This document shows, in pieces, positions 38,994 to 48,652 of a stretch of DNA of 64,000 bases. Source of the stretch: an uncultured Gammaproteobacteria bacterium. Its GTDB lineage: Bacteria; Patescibacteriota; Microgenomatia; PFEM01; JAPLYW01. Each line of letters opens with the position of its first letter. The stretch's first letter is position 1. The notes beneath the pieces are model-generated. The model had not been told where the DNA came from, made no database searches, and saw nothing but the letters and a program-made list of their open reading frames with translations. The stretch spans positions 175,701 to 239,700 of the forward strand of contig OZ246397.1 of NCBI GenBank assembly GCA_965230945.1, given 5' to 3'. Made by a program: the position numbers and the translations under genes.

Positions 38994-41369
38994 TTATTTT
39001 TTTAAAGCAAGTTTAATAACCTCATCCATATGAGAAACAAAGACAAACTTAATGTCTTTTTTAATCTTAGAGGGAATTTCTTCTAGATCTTTCTTATTTT
39101 CTTTAGATAAAATGATTGTTTTTAACCCTGCTCTATGAGCGGCAATAATTTTTTCCTTAATACCACCAATCTCTAGTACTCTGCCCCGTAAAGTAATTTC
39201 TCCAGTCATACCTACCTCTCTTCTGGTTGGTTTTTTACTAAAGGCAGAAATTAAAGCCATGGCAATGGCAATACCAGCTGATGGTCCGTCTTTGGGAATG
39301 GCTCCTTCCGGAACATGAATATGGACATCCAAATCTTTGTAAAAGTCTTTTTTAAGTCCTAGTTTTTGCCAACGAGTTCTAACGTAAGAGAAAGCGGCTT
39401 TTGCTGATTCCTGCATCACCTTACCTAGTTTTCCGGTTAGAAGTAAATTACCCTTCCCTGGCATTAAAGCGGCTTCGATAAACATAATTTCACCACCAGC
39501 TTGGGTATAAGCTAAGCCGGTAGCCATCCCTATCTCATCTTTTTTCTCAGCCAAGGTTTCTGAATATTTCCTTGGACCTAAGTATTTATCAACATCAGCT
39601 TTAATAACTGTTCTTTTAATTCTTCTGCCTTCAGCTTTTTTTCTGGCCAACTTTCGACAAATGGTAGCCAAAGATCTTTCTAATTCTCTTACTCCTGCTT
39701 CTTTAGTATAACGATGAATAATTTCTAAAACGGCACCATTTGCAATTTCAATTGATTTACTTCTAAGTCCATGAGCCACTAATTGTTTATTCCATAAAAA
39801 CTTTTTGGCAATTTGGAATTTTTCATCTTCGGTATAGCCCGGGAAATGAATAGTCTCCATTCGATCCCGCAAAGCAGGCGGGATAGTATCAAGTAAATTT
39901 CCGGTGGTGATAAACATTACCTTAGATAAATCAAAAGGGACTTCTAAATAATGATCAGAAAACTCAGAGTTTTGCTCAGGATCTAAAGCCTCAAGCAAGG
40001 CAGCTGAAGGATCGCCTCTAAAGTCAGTTCCAATCTTATCAATTTCATCAAGCATAAAAATAGGATTGTTACTGCCAGCATTTTTAACACCCTGAATAAT
40101 TCTTCCCGGCATAGAGCCAACATAGGTTCGACGATGACCGCGAACTTCTGCCTCATCACGAATACCACCCAAACTTATTCTGACAAACTTTCTCTCTAAA
40201 GATCGAGCAATTGACTTGCCAATGGAAGTTTTACCTACTCCTGGAGGACCAATGAAACATAAAATGGTTGGCCCGCCTACTTCTTTAACTTCTTTACCAT
40301 TTCTCTTTAAAAAACTCTTTTGGGATTTTTCTTTTAACTTCATAACCGCTAAATACTCAATTATTCTTTCTTTAACTTTTTTGAGACCATGATGGTCTTC
40401 ATTTAAAATTTTAGCTGCTTTAGCAATTGAGGTTTTGTTAGGAGTACTTATGGACCAGGGCATTTCCAGTAAAACATCTAAATAGGTACGAATATAGCTA
40501 AATTCCGGGTGGGCCGGATTTAAAGCAGTCAACCTTTTAAGCTCCTTTTTAGCTTTCTGAGCTACCATCTTAGGCATTTTAGCTTTTTTAATTTTTTCTT
40601 CTAGTTGTTTAAATTCGTTGTCTTCTCCGCCTAATTCGCCCAATTCTTCTTCAATGGCTCTTTTTCTCTCTCGTAAGACAGTCTCTTTCATTGATTTATC
40701 AAAACGACTCTGAGTTTTAGTATCAATCTCTCGCTCTAACTTTAAAACCTTAATCTCTTCTGTTAAAAAGCGCAGAACTTGTTTTAAACGATCCTTAACA
40801 GAGAATGTTTCTAAAATCTTTTGTTTATCTCTAGTTGGTAAATTTAAAACATAAGCAACCTGATCAGCTAATTGATTTGGGGAAATACCCTCCATTAATT
40901 TACTAATAGTAAGAAAATCGAGGCTTTTACCCAAGCCGACCATCTTTTGGAAGTTTTCCATAACTCCTTTGGCTAAAAGTTTAATTTCAGGAGAGTCTTC
41001 AATAATTTCCGGCATTTCTGTTACCCTAGCAACTAAAAACGGCTTTTGGGATTCAATTGAATCAATTCTTATTCTTTGCAGGCCTTTGACCCAAGCATTC
41101 ATTCCCATTTTACCTGAATAAATTAGTCGTTCCACCCTAGCTAAAATACCTATTTGATAAAGATCGTTCTTTTGAGGACTGATGGTTCTAGCCTTTTTTT
41201 GAGTAACAAAAGCCACAACTTGATCAGTTTTGTAAGCAGCTTCAGTAGCAGCAATTGACCCAGGACGGCCAATACTTAAAACAGTCTCCACATGAGGAAA
41301 GACAACCCCTTCTCGAATGGGAACTAAAGGAACGATTTTTTCTTTGTTAGCTCCAAGAATTACAGGCAT
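38994..41369 (-). CDS. lon: ATP-dependent Lon protease
   Basis: LON N domain, AAA+ module GPPGVGKTS, catalytic [17 protein letters not shown] Ser-Lys dyad region. Confidence 0.95.
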   Translation of the reverse strand: MPVILGANKEKIVPLVPIREGVVFPHVETVLSIGRPGSIAATEAAYKTDQVVAFVTQKKARTISPQKNDLYQIGILARVERLIYSGKMGMNAWVKGLQRIRIDSIESQKPFLVARVTEMPEIIEDSPEIKLLAKGVMENFQKMVGLGKSLDFLTISKLMEGISPNQLADQVAYVLNLPTRDKQKILETFSVKDRLKQVLRFLTEEIKVLKLEREIDTKTQSRFDKSMKETVLRERKRAIEEELGELGGEDNEFKQLEEKIKKAKMPKMVAQKAKKELKRLTALNPAHPEFSYIRTYLDVLLEMPWSISTPNKTSIAKAAKILNEDHHGLKKVKERIIEYLAVMKLKEKSQKSFLKRNGKEVKEVGGPTILCFIGPPGVGKTSIGKSIARSLERKFVRISLGGIRDEAEVRGHRRTYVGSMPGRIIQGVKNAGSNNPIFMLDEIDKIGTDFRGDPSAALLEALDPEQNSEFSDHYLEVPFDLSKVMFITTGNLLDTIPPALRDRMETIHFPGYTEDEKFQIAKKFLWNKQLVAHGLRSKSIEIANGAVLEIIHRYTKEAGVRELERSLATICRKLARKKAEGRRIKRTVIKADVDKYLGPRKYSETLAEKKDEIGMATGLAYTQAGGEIMFIEAALMPGKGNLLLTGKLGKVMQESAKAAFSYVRTRWQKLGLKKDFYKDLDVHIHVPEGAIPKDGPSAGIAIAMALISAFSKKPTRREVGMTGEITLRGRVLEIGGIKEKIIAAHRAGLKTIILSKENKKDLEEIPSKIKKDIKFVFVSHMDEVIKLALKK

Positions 41370-41423
41370 TTAAAATAAAAAAGAAACTAAGTTTTAGCAG
41401 TCTATCATATTATTTGCTAATTG

Positions 41424-42095
41424 TCAATCGTGGATAACAACTTTCGTTCCTGGATTTTCCTTTGAAGAATAGGCCACCCACCTACTTTGGCCTAACAAAG
41501 GTGAAGTCCAATAAAATAATTTCTCTGCATCAGGAATCGACATATTAACACAACCATGGCTCATAGGATAGCCAAAGTTATTATGCCAATAAGCCCCATG
41601 AATACCGTAACCTCTGTAAAAATATTGAACGTAAGGGACATTGGGTAAGTAATAATAAGTATTGTTTTCTTTCCTGCCCCCTTCCATCTTGGTGTATTTA
41701 AGTTTTATCCAAATTCTAAACTCACCCGTAGGAGTCGGCGCCCATTTTCCTCCAGAAATAAAAAACTCATAATCAATATTATTGCCATTATGGGCATATA
41801 ATTTCTGATCTGATAAATCAATTTCAATCCAACGCTCATCACTAATCGCTCCTAAAACAGCCTCATCAGAAGCAGCCAAGATATCTAAAGAAGGTACCAA
41901 CTCCGCTAATTTATAATCAACAATCTTATTATCAAAAATCGCTATTTCTTCATCAGTACTATATTTCCCATCAGCCTCAGGAGGTGGCGGTCCACAACCA
42001 CAAGAAAAGTCATCAAAAATATCACGGGCGGAAAAAAATAAGACAAAGATAGATAAAAACAATGCCAATGGTATTAAAACTTTCAATGATTTCAT
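41424..42095 (-). CDS. L,D-transpeptidase (YkuD fold)
   Basis: Signal peptide. YGIHGAYWHNNFGYPMSHGCVNM contains the conserved His and the catalytic SHGC Cys. Confidence 0.75.
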   Translation of the reverse strand: MKSLKVLIPLALFLSIFVLFFSARDIFDDFSCGCGPPPPEADGKYSTDEEIAIFDNKIVDYKLAELVPSLDILAASDEAVLGAISDERWIEIDLSDQKLYAHNGNNIDYEFFISGGKWAPTPTGEFRIWIKLKYTKMEGGRKENNTYYYLPNVPYVQYFYRGYGIHGAYWHNNFGYPMSHGCVNMSIPDAEKLFYWTSPLLGQSRWVAYSSKENPGTKVVIHD

Positions 42096-42162
42096 TAATT
42101 GAAGTTTACTACAAAAACTTTCTTGTTTCCAGGTTCAAAAAATGATAGAATCAAACCATCAC

Positions 42163-42233
42163 TGCGGGATCGTCTAATGGTAGGACGCTTGACTCTGGAT
42201 CAAGTAATCTTGGTTCGAATCCCAGTCCCGCAG
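42163..42233 (+). tRNA. tRNA-Gln (anticodon CUG)
   Basis: Hand-folded. Acceptor TGCGGGA/TCCCGCA with U1:A72 and G73 (a bacterial Gln identity set), D stem GTCT/GGAC, anticodon stem CTTGA/TCAAG, loop CTCTGGA, T loop TTCGAAT (one T-stem mismatch), 4-nt variable loop. Confidence 0.7.
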
Positions 42234-42354
42234 CAAACTTGAGAACTCAATTGGCTAAGTTACAAATTTAGTTTGTTAAGCCTTGTTTGAAGACCAATTG
42301 AACTAAAATTAACTATTCAGCTCAAATTTCCGTTAGAAATAGACTACTCAAGAT

Positions 42355-43092
42355 ATGAATTTATATAAAAGGAACCAAAAATTAATGGCTTGTTTCACAA
42401 CTAAAGAATTGATTAATTTAATGCTATGGCCGAAAGAGCAGGTCTTACTGAATACCATGCTGGACGCAAGACTACAAGGAACAAACATTGATGATATGAA
42501 GCTAAAGCAATCGGTATTAAAATTAGCCAAAAATTCAGTAAAGTCGACAGACTATGAATATTGGGTATCAATTTTTACTTTATCTGAAGAATTTGGTAAA
42601 GACTGTGAGGTTTGTTTTTACCTGAAGGACACCTTTGATCATCATAAACAGTCGATAACCACATATACTGATTTAGAAAAGTTTAAAGAGCAAAATACTC
42701 CAGCTGATGTGATACTTAAACAAGGCTCTAATCGATTCTTTGAATTCCAGCTAAAGAGATATCAAGGTGACTTAAATCAAGATAGTCTATTTACTTTCAT
42801 CAAAAAGAAAATAATGCACTACAGTTCTCCTATCAACTATTGTATCATTCTACAACATAGTCCTGGCACAAAATTGCCCACATTTTTATTTGAAGATTTG
42901 TGTGCAAAAATTAAAACAATGCCTTTACAAAAAAGAGACTTGGGTAGAATTTGCTTTTTGTTTAATGCAAACAATAAATATATGATATTAGCACATGTTT
43001 ATCCGGAACTAGCAATGTACAAGCGTCCTTTTATAAAAGGGAGCGAACAAGCCAAAGAGATAATTAGTCCAAAAATGAGTTATAAGGATTAA
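42355..43092 (+). CDS. hypothetical protein, first ORF of the island
   Basis: 245-aa ORF with no recognisable motif. Followed immediately by repeat copy R1. Confidence 0.35.
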   Translation: MNLYKRNQKLMACFTTKELINLMLWPKEQVLLNTMLDARLQGTNIDDMKLKQSVLKLAKNSVKSTDYEYWVSIFTLSEEFGKDCEVCFYLKDTFDHHKQSITTYTDLEKFKEQNTPADVILKQGSNRFFEFQLKRYQGDLNQDSLFTFIKKKIMHYSSPINYCIILQHSPGTKLPTFLFEDLCAKIKTMPLQKRDLGRICFLFNANNKYMILAHVYPELAMYKRPFIKGSEQAKEIISPKMSYKD

Positions 43093-43220
43093 AGGGTCCT
43101 AGACCAGCCTATTCAATTATTTTGGAATAAGAACCCTAGGCACTCTATCTAATTATAAAGACTAAGTGAATCCAAACCCACAAAGCTCAAGCCAAACTAG
43201 ATTGGCTAGTTATAAAGAAG
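43093..43220 (+). repeat. island repeat family, copy R1 (long form with CCTAGG and CTAGATTGG sub-motifs)
   Basis: AGGGTCCTAGACCAGCCTATTCAATTATTTTGGAATAAGAACCCTAGGCAC...AAACTAGATTGGCTAG. Homologous over about 100 nt to R2 at 48508..48600. Confidence 0.7.
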
Positions 43221-43390
43221 GATATTTGACCAGTATATCGGTATACTTCTGAGGTTCGAGCCAATCCGAATATTTTTCTTCCCATTTTTCACTTTCAGAA
43301 AGCGTCTGATATGTTTTTTCCAGTGTTATAAGCACTTTTTTGTCATAAAATTCCGTAGTAATTCTCCCGAAGTAAAAAAAGTCCCATAGT

Positions 43391-43419
43391 TTGACAAAAT
43401 CAAGGTTTAATGCTATACT
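43391..43419 (+). promoter_or_regulatory. near-consensus sigma70-type promoter TTGACA-N17-TATACT for first tasA-like gene
   Basis: Exact hexamers read from the sequence with a 17-nt spacer, about 125 nt upstream of the ATG at 43544. Confidence 0.55.
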
Positions 43420-43543
43420 GCATTTTCACTTAGGAGTTAATTTGAGAACCAAAAGTAGAAGCACTCAAAAGTTCTCTTTTTAATCCTTAAAGGTATTCAG
43501 TTTTTGGCACTTTAACAACAAAATAAGAGAAAGGGAAAGAAAA

Positions 43544-44104
43544 ATGAAGAAGAAATTATTAATTATTCTTCCTGTTGTAGCTGCAATGATTTTAGTGATG
43601 GCTTTTGGAGCAGTTGGTGCTAATGCTTGGTTTACAGACCAAGACAAGAGTACCGACAACTTTATCCAAGCAGGGACGGTCAATCCAGAAGTTAGAGGAG
43701 CAAGCTTTACTGTAAGTAATGCCGCTCCTGATATTTGGTACGGTCCATCCGATCCGATTACTTTCTTTAATCATACCCATAATTCAACTTTGCCGGTTAA
43801 ATACAAAATTTCCTCCGAGTTTGTTTCCCAATCGGTCGGTGGTTTTTATGACAAAGTCAGCATCAGGGTTGAAAGAAGAGAAGGAAGCAGTTGGGTTGAA
43901 TACTATAATGGGGCGCTTAATTCCGTAATCATTGGACCCAGTAAATGTGGAGCAATGGCAAATGTCCCCAGTGGTAACAGCCATGAGTGGAGAATTTGGC
44001 TTCAGGTTAATAAATCAGCTGGCAATGGTTTCCAGGGAGCAACAACCACTTTTAATCTGGTATTTGACAGTACTCAAGAAAACAACCCAGGATGGAGTGA
44101 ATAA
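43544..44104 (+). CDS. TasA/camelysin-family secreted protein with SipW-cognate class signal peptide
   Basis: MKKKLLIILPVVAAMILVMAFGAVGANAWFTDQDKSTDNFIQAGTV matches the SipW-cognate signal peptide / TasA N-terminal pattern. Confidence 0.65.
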   Translation: MKKKLLIILPVVAAMILVMAFGAVGANAWFTDQDKSTDNFIQAGTVNPEVRGASFTVSNAAPDIWYGPSDPITFFNHTHNSTLPVKYKISSEFVSQSVGGFYDKVSIRVERREGSSWVEYYNGALNSVIIGPSKCGAMANVPSGNSHEWRIWLQVNKSAGNGFQGATTTFNLVFDSTQENNPGWSE

Positions 44105-44130
44105 AAACTTAAAGGAAGGAGATGGGCTAA

Positions 44131-45123
44131 ATGAAGAAAAAAACAGCTTCCTTCTTCAAGAAATTTGGCATTAGCCTTTTAGTTTTATTTATTATATTTA
44201 TCCTCTTTCTTGCGTATGGTCATATAAACAACCGTTGGTATAAACTTATTTATATTAAAAGTGACAGTATGTTTCCTATTTTTAAGGCAGGAGACCTAAT
44301 TTGTATCACCAAACCGCCTTATGAAATAAAATCTGGAATGATTATTTGTTTTCAAATTAAAGGAGATATTGTCACCCATCGAGTTGTAGCCATAAATGAA
44401 AATGGTAGTTTTAAAACCAAGGGTGATGCCAATAAGGTTGTTGATGATTGGGATGATTATAAAATTAAAAAGGTAGCTGGAATTTATCGCTTCAAAATTC
44501 CCTACTTGGGCTATCCAATTGGATATTGTAGTTACTGGGCCAAAAGAGCAACTCTAGGAGTTAACGATTTTCTAAGAAATACTATTGATAAAATAGGCAA
44601 CATTTTTATTGGAAGCAGTGCCTATTTTGTCAACCAGGATAAAATTCTGATGGGTATCACGGCTGAAGATCCACCCATTCTGATGGGTACCACGGCTGAA
44701 GATCCACCCAAGGAAGAAAATCCAAATTCTGAAGAAGATCAAAATACTACGGAGAATCAGTCACCGGAAGATAAAGCACCAACAATAGATGTTTTTAACA
44801 TTAACAATGACGAGTCAACTACAGAAAGCCGTGAGGTAGTTCTCAATATTTCTGCTTCCGATGATATCACTCCTCCAGAAAAACTCCAAATGAGAATTGC
44901 TAATGATGAGAAAACTTGGCCAGACGAAAACGCAGACTGGGAAGCCTACTCAACAAATAAAAACTGGCAACTTTCAGAGGAAGAAGGAGAAAAAAAGGTT
45001 TGCCTTCAAGTCAAAGATGAGGCAGGCAATATTACCAGCGCCTCGGATACTATCAGCTATAAACCAGTTGATAACGAAGATAACGAAAACACCGAAGAAA
45101 CAACCGAGGACGAAGAAAGCTAA
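44131..45123 (+). CDS. sipW: SipW-type (ER/archaeal-type, S26B) signal peptidase I with about 140-aa C-terminal extension
   Basis: TM anchor, then SDSMFPIFKAGDLI (the SGSMEP box), THRV and TKGDAN motifs. The extension contains a 33-nt tandem duplication (ILMGITAEDPP / ILMGTTAEDPP), an acidic linker and an Ig/FN3-like segment. Confidence 0.7.
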   Translation: MKKKTASFFKKFGISLLVLFIIFILFLAYGHINNRWYKLIYIKSDSMFPIFKAGDLICITKPPYEIKSGMIICFQIKGDIVTHRVVAINENGSFKTKGDANKVVDDWDDYKIKKVAGIYRFKIPYLGYPIGYCSYWAKRATLGVNDFLRNTIDKIGNIFIGSSAYFVNQDKILMGITAEDPPILMGTTAEDPPKEENPNSEEDQNTTENQSPEDKAPTIDVFNINNDESTTESREVVLNISASDDITPPEKLQMRIANDEKTWPDENADWEAYSTNKNWQLSEEEGEKKVCLQVKDEAGNITSASDTISYKPVDNEDNENTEETTEDEES

Positions 45124-45247
45124 AATTAAGCCAAAAACTGAATATTAACAAACGAGACCACTTCGTGGAAAACTATAATCTTTTTTGATTATAAACCCCC
45201 ACGCAGTGGTCTTTTCTTATAGAAAATAAAAATTAAAGTCCTATAAG

Positions 45248-45276
45248 TTGACACGATTAAGATTTAGTGTTATATT
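45248..45276 (+). promoter_or_regulatory. near-consensus sigma70-type promoter TTGACA-N17-TATATT for second tasA-like gene
   Basis: Exact hexamers with a 17-nt spacer. The downstream leader, about 95 nt, is 85-90% identical to the leader of the first tasA-like gene. Confidence 0.55.
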
Positions 45277-45412
45277 AAAACTCCTTCATGGGATAAAAGA
45301 AAGAATTAAAAGTGAAAGCACTTTAAAAAAGCTCTTTTTTTAATCCTCAAAGGTATTCAGTTTTTGGCACTTTAACAACAAAATAAGAAAAAAAAGAAAG
45401 GAAGGAAAGCAG

Positions 45413-45964
45413 ATGAAAAAGAAAAAACTCTTTATCATTCTTTCCGTAGCGGTTGTCTTTGTTCTCGTCCTTGCTTTTGGTGCTATTGGCACCAATGCTT
45501 GGTTTAACGACCAAGAGACAAGTGAAGGGAATCTCTTTGAAGCAGGAACCCTTGAGTTAGATGTGCAAGGTAGGAATGAAGCAAACGAGTCTTACACTTT
45601 TTCAAATATTAAACCTGGTGATAGCGCAGGGTGGGAAGGGGTTACTTCTCCTTGGATACCTGGCTTGAATTGGACAGTAAAAAATACTGGTTCAATCGAT
45701 GGCGTTCTAACTGTTAGCTTAAAGGACATTGTCAATGTAGGCAGTGCTCCATTAGCTACCCAGCTTAGACCACAGGTTCGAGTAAACGGTGTTTGGAAAA
45801 CAGAATCCTCTGGTTTTCATAATCTTAATCCGTTTACCGTTGATTTACCTGCTGGACAAAGTGTTACTATTGCCATTGCATGGAGTTTCTACGAAAATGC
45901 TGGTAACGAGTATCAAGGTGCAAGTACAACCTTTGATGTTCATTTTGACTTAGCGCAAAAATAA
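45413..45964 (+). CDS. TasA/camelysin-family secreted protein, paralogue of 43544..44104
   Basis: MKKKKLFIILSVAVVFVLVLAFGAIGTNAWFNDQETSEGNLFEAGTLELDV. Confidence 0.65.
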   Translation: MKKKKLFIILSVAVVFVLVLAFGAIGTNAWFNDQETSEGNLFEAGTLELDVQGRNEANESYTFSNIKPGDSAGWEGVTSPWIPGLNWTVKNTGSIDGVLTVSLKDIVNVGSAPLATQLRPQVRVNGVWKTESSGFHNLNPFTVDLPAGQSVTIAIAWSFYENAGNEYQGASTTFDVHFDLAQK

Positions 45965-46124
45965 TATATAACAAGACCAACATCCTTAACTTCTCAAGAA
46001 GTTAAAAACCAATCTTTCTAGAGCCAAAAACTGAAAAATATACCACTTGAGGTGAAATTTGATAATCTTTGGTTATCACTTTCCGCTTCAGGTGGTTCTT
46101 TTATGACTATTTTCCACTAAAAAA

Positions 46125-46151
46125 CCCTCCGCAAAGGAGGGTTTTCTTTTT
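46125..46151 (+). terminator. rho-independent terminator of the tasA-sipW-tasA module
   Basis: CCCTCC-GCAAA-GGAGGG hairpin followed by TTTTCTTTTT. Confidence 0.7.
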
Positions 46152-46204
46152 GACAACTAAGATGTGGTAAGAAAAAGGGGTTTAAATTGATAAAATCTGT
46201 TTTT

Positions 46205-46290
46205 CTTTTTTATACTGTCTCATTTGTCTCATTTACTCTTGAGTTATAATGATAGAAAGGTCTTAGACCAACCCGCTCAACTTAGAAAAG
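46205..46290 (+). repeat. island repeat family, copy R6 (short form)
   Basis: TTTTATACTGTCTCATTTGTCTCATTTACTCTTGAGTTATAATGATAGAAAGGTCTTAGACCAACCCGCTCAAC. Confidence 0.7.
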
Positions 46291-46334
46291 CCCTAAATAT
46301 TGGGCTTTTTTTAATTATATGTTAAAATAAAAAT

Positions 46335-47576
46335 ATGATTGACTTGATTTTTGTAGTTTCTCAATCAAATAGAAACAGCATTGCCGCTCTCTTAGGTACC
46401 CTCGATACCGAAAAACAGATTATTGAACGTTTTAATATAAAGCTAATTAATGAAAAAGGTGTTGAAAAAGAAATAAAATCCAAAAAAAAGAAAATTATTT
46501 GTTTTTCTTTTCAAACTCCCGATGTTTTTAAACTCCAACCATTAATAAGGAAAATTAAAAAAGATAAAGAAACTCTTCTGATAGCAGGAGGCGCTCACCC
46601 ATCAGGTAGTCCTCAACATACCTTAAAAATGGGCTTTGACTTTGCTTTTATAGGAGAAAGCGAGGAAACATTTAAGAGCTTTTTAGAAAAATATCATTCA
46701 AGCCAAAACAACTATGAAAAAATAAACGGCATTGCCTTTAAACAAAATAGCAAATTTATTGTCACTGAAAAAGCGAAACCAGTTGATATCACAAAATATT
46801 TACCTGTTTCTGAAAGATTCCAATTTTTCACTCCTATCGAGATAACTAGAGGTTGTCCATATGGTTGTCGTTTTTGCCAAACTACTTATCTTTTTGGGAA
46901 AATAAGACACCGAACGATAAAACAAATTATTGACTCAGCTAAAATTCTGACTGAGCAGGGTTGGACAAAAATAAGATTTATAAGCCCTAACATCCTATCT
47001 TATGGCTCTGTAGATGGTAAGAAAACCAATCTACCAGAATTAAAAAGAATACTAGAATCAGTTAGAAAAATTAACGGTGTTGAAAAGATTTATGCTGGTA
47101 GTTTTCCTTCCGAAATCAGACCAGAAAATGTTACAAAAGAAGCTTTATCAATTTTAAAAAAATATGCTAATAATGACAATATTATTATCGGGCTCCAATC
47201 AGGAAGTAATAATGTTTTAAAAAGAATGCATAGACAGCACACTGTTAGAGAGGGTTTAGAAGCAATTGAAAAAGCACTTGAGATTGGATTTAAGGTAAAT
47301 GTTGACTTTATCTTTGGAACCCCAGGAGAAACAAAGGAAAATGAAAAAGAGACGATTGAAATAATTAAAAAATTAACTAAATTACAGGGCGTTAGAATTC
47401 ACGGGCATACTTTTCTACCTTTACCTGGAACGCCTTGGGAAAATGAAAAAGCAGGGAAAATCTCAGATGGATTAAAAAAATTTCTTAAAGGGCTAATTGA
47501 TTCTTCGAAGGTTTATGGTGATTGGGAAAAACAAGAACAGTTATCTAAAATGATCAGTCATCTTCTAAAGAAATAA
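46335..47576 (+). CDS. B12-binding-domain radical SAM protein
   Basis: N-terminal cobalamin-binding-like domain and ITRGCPYGCRFCQT (CxxxCxxC radical SAM cluster). Confidence 0.7.
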   Translation: MIDLIFVVSQSNRNSIAALLGTLDTEKQIIERFNIKLINEKGVEKEIKSKKKKIICFSFQTPDVFKLQPLIRKIKKDKETLLIAGGAHPSGSPQHTLKMGFDFAFIGESEETFKSFLEKYHSSQNNYEKINGIAFKQNSKFIVTEKAKPVDITKYLPVSERFQFFTPIEITRGCPYGCRFCQTTYLFGKIRHRTIKQIIDSAKILTEQGWTKIRFISPNILSYGSVDGKKTNLPELKRILESVRKINGVEKIYAGSFPSEIRPENVTKEALSILKKYANNDNIIIGLQSGSNNVLKRMHRQHTVREGLEAIEKALEIGFKVNVDFIFGTPGETKENEKETIEIIKKLTKLQGVRIHGHTFLPLPGTPWENEKAGKISDGLKKFLKGLIDSSKVYGDWEKQEQLSKMISHLLKK

Positions 47577-47579
47577 TTC

Positions 47580-47725
47580 TGTCTTTGATAAACCACCTCA
47601 GGATAAGCTATAATCTTTTCTAAGTTACTAGTTCAAAAATCGTCTGCTAAGGCAACTCGTTGGGAATAATACTGTAGATATGGGATCGAAAGGGCCTAGA
47701 CCGACTTGCTCAGCATAAGTTTGTG
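47580..47725 (+). repeat. island repeat family, copy R3 (promoter-like module plus GGGAATA-N-ATGGGATCGAARGGGCCTAGACC module)
   Basis: TTGATAAACCACCTCAGGATAAGCTATAAT...CGTTGGGAATAATACTGTAGATATGGGATCGAAAGGGCCTAGACCGACTTGCTCAGC. Confidence 0.7.
47585..47614 (+). promoter_or_regulatory. promoter-like TTGATA-N18-TATAAT module inside repeat R3
   Basis: Read directly from the sequence. The same module recurs at 50995..51024 (TATAAC) and 51709..51738. Confidence 0.4.
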
Positions 47726-47750
47726 GGTATAAAATAGAAGTATCAGACTA

Positions 47751-48500
47751 ATGAATAGAGAACAAAATACATTTTTCTCAGATTTATTACAGAATCTTGG
47801 TTTTATTGCTGCAGCAGTTGTAGCGTTGTCTCAATATGCTTTAAACGAAAGCTTTAAATTCTTGTTTGAAAATAATACGGAATTAATGAAGATGTCTAGT
47901 TTGGTCGCACTTATTTTGTCCGGTGCTATTTTTTTTGGCTTTTTTGCAATTAGATTTAATCTACTTACCAAAGTGTATCCAAATAAGAAGAAAAAGGGCG
48001 AATATTTTGCGAGTCTTAGAGAAGAGTCTAAGGTAGAACAACCCAAAAGCCCTCTTGGAGATAAGGAAAAGAAAATCAAAACTGGAAAAAAAATTTCTGA
48101 ACCTTTTAATTTTACATTAATCCAACTTGCATTCCTTTTTATTCTGCTTTCGTTGATTAGTTTTATGGCGAGTATTTTCTCTGTTAACCCATACTTGGTT
48201 TCGTTGTTTTATATTTTGTTCATCTGTTTTATTGTGGCCTCTATATCAATCTTTTCTATCCAACTTTATAGGGACAAGGAGACAAAAAGGAAAAGAGAAG
48301 AAACTAACGAATTAATAATGAACAAAATTCGTCAATACTTTATTGGTGATATTCAAATTCTTTATGATAGTACAAACCTCTTTACTTTAACTGGACCAAA
48401 TAGACACATAATTTTTGAGTATAAGGGAACAAAATATGATGTTTTTACGAAGTCATATGATCCCGAAAGTTATTTCTTATTGAGTGTACACAAGAATTGA
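47751..48500 (+). CDS. hypothetical membrane protein
   Basis: 249 aa with several TM helices and a Lys/Glu-rich loop. No family recognised. Confidence 0.4.
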   Translation: MNREQNTFFSDLLQNLGFIAAAVVALSQYALNESFKFLFENNTELMKMSSLVALILSGAIFFGFFAIRFNLLTKVYPNKKKKGEYFASLREESKVEQPKSPLGDKEKKIKTGKKISEPFNFTLIQLAFLFILLSLISFMASIFSVNPYLVSLFYILFICFIVASISIFSIQLYRDKETKRKREETNELIMNKIRQYFIGDIQILYDSTNLFTLTGPNRHIIFEYKGTKYDVFTKSYDPESYFLLSVHKN

Positions 48501-48507
48501 ATTGAAC

Positions 48508-48600
48508 AGGTTCTAGACCGACCTGCTCAATTATCTGGGATTAAGAACCCTAGGCATACGGTTCAGTTACAAGGACTAGATTGGTCTAGACCGGGGAGTT
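48508..48600 (+). repeat. island repeat family, copy R2 (long form)
   Basis: CAGGTTCTAGACCGACCTGCTCAATTATCTGGGATTAAGAACCCTAGGCATAC...GGACTAGATTGGTCTAGACCGG. Confidence 0.7.
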
Positions 48601-48652
48601 CAACAAATAATGACAAATCGCTCTTTGAGTGGTTTTTTGATAAAGTAAACAT

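Noticed and set aside
42163-42233. Concern that the tRNA-Gln call is a pseudo-tRNA because of one T-stem mismatch (T51-C63) and a 4-nt variable loop
   Set aside because: All other stems, the U33, the anticodon loop, the GG in the D loop, TTCGAAT and the U1:A72/G73 identity set are intact. Kept as tRNA with confidence 0.7.
43500-43530. Sigma54 promoter (TGGCAC) in the conserved tasA leaders
   Set aside because: TTGGCACTTTAACAAC has the -24 GG element. The -12 GC is missing at the required spacing, so it is not a credible sigma54 site.
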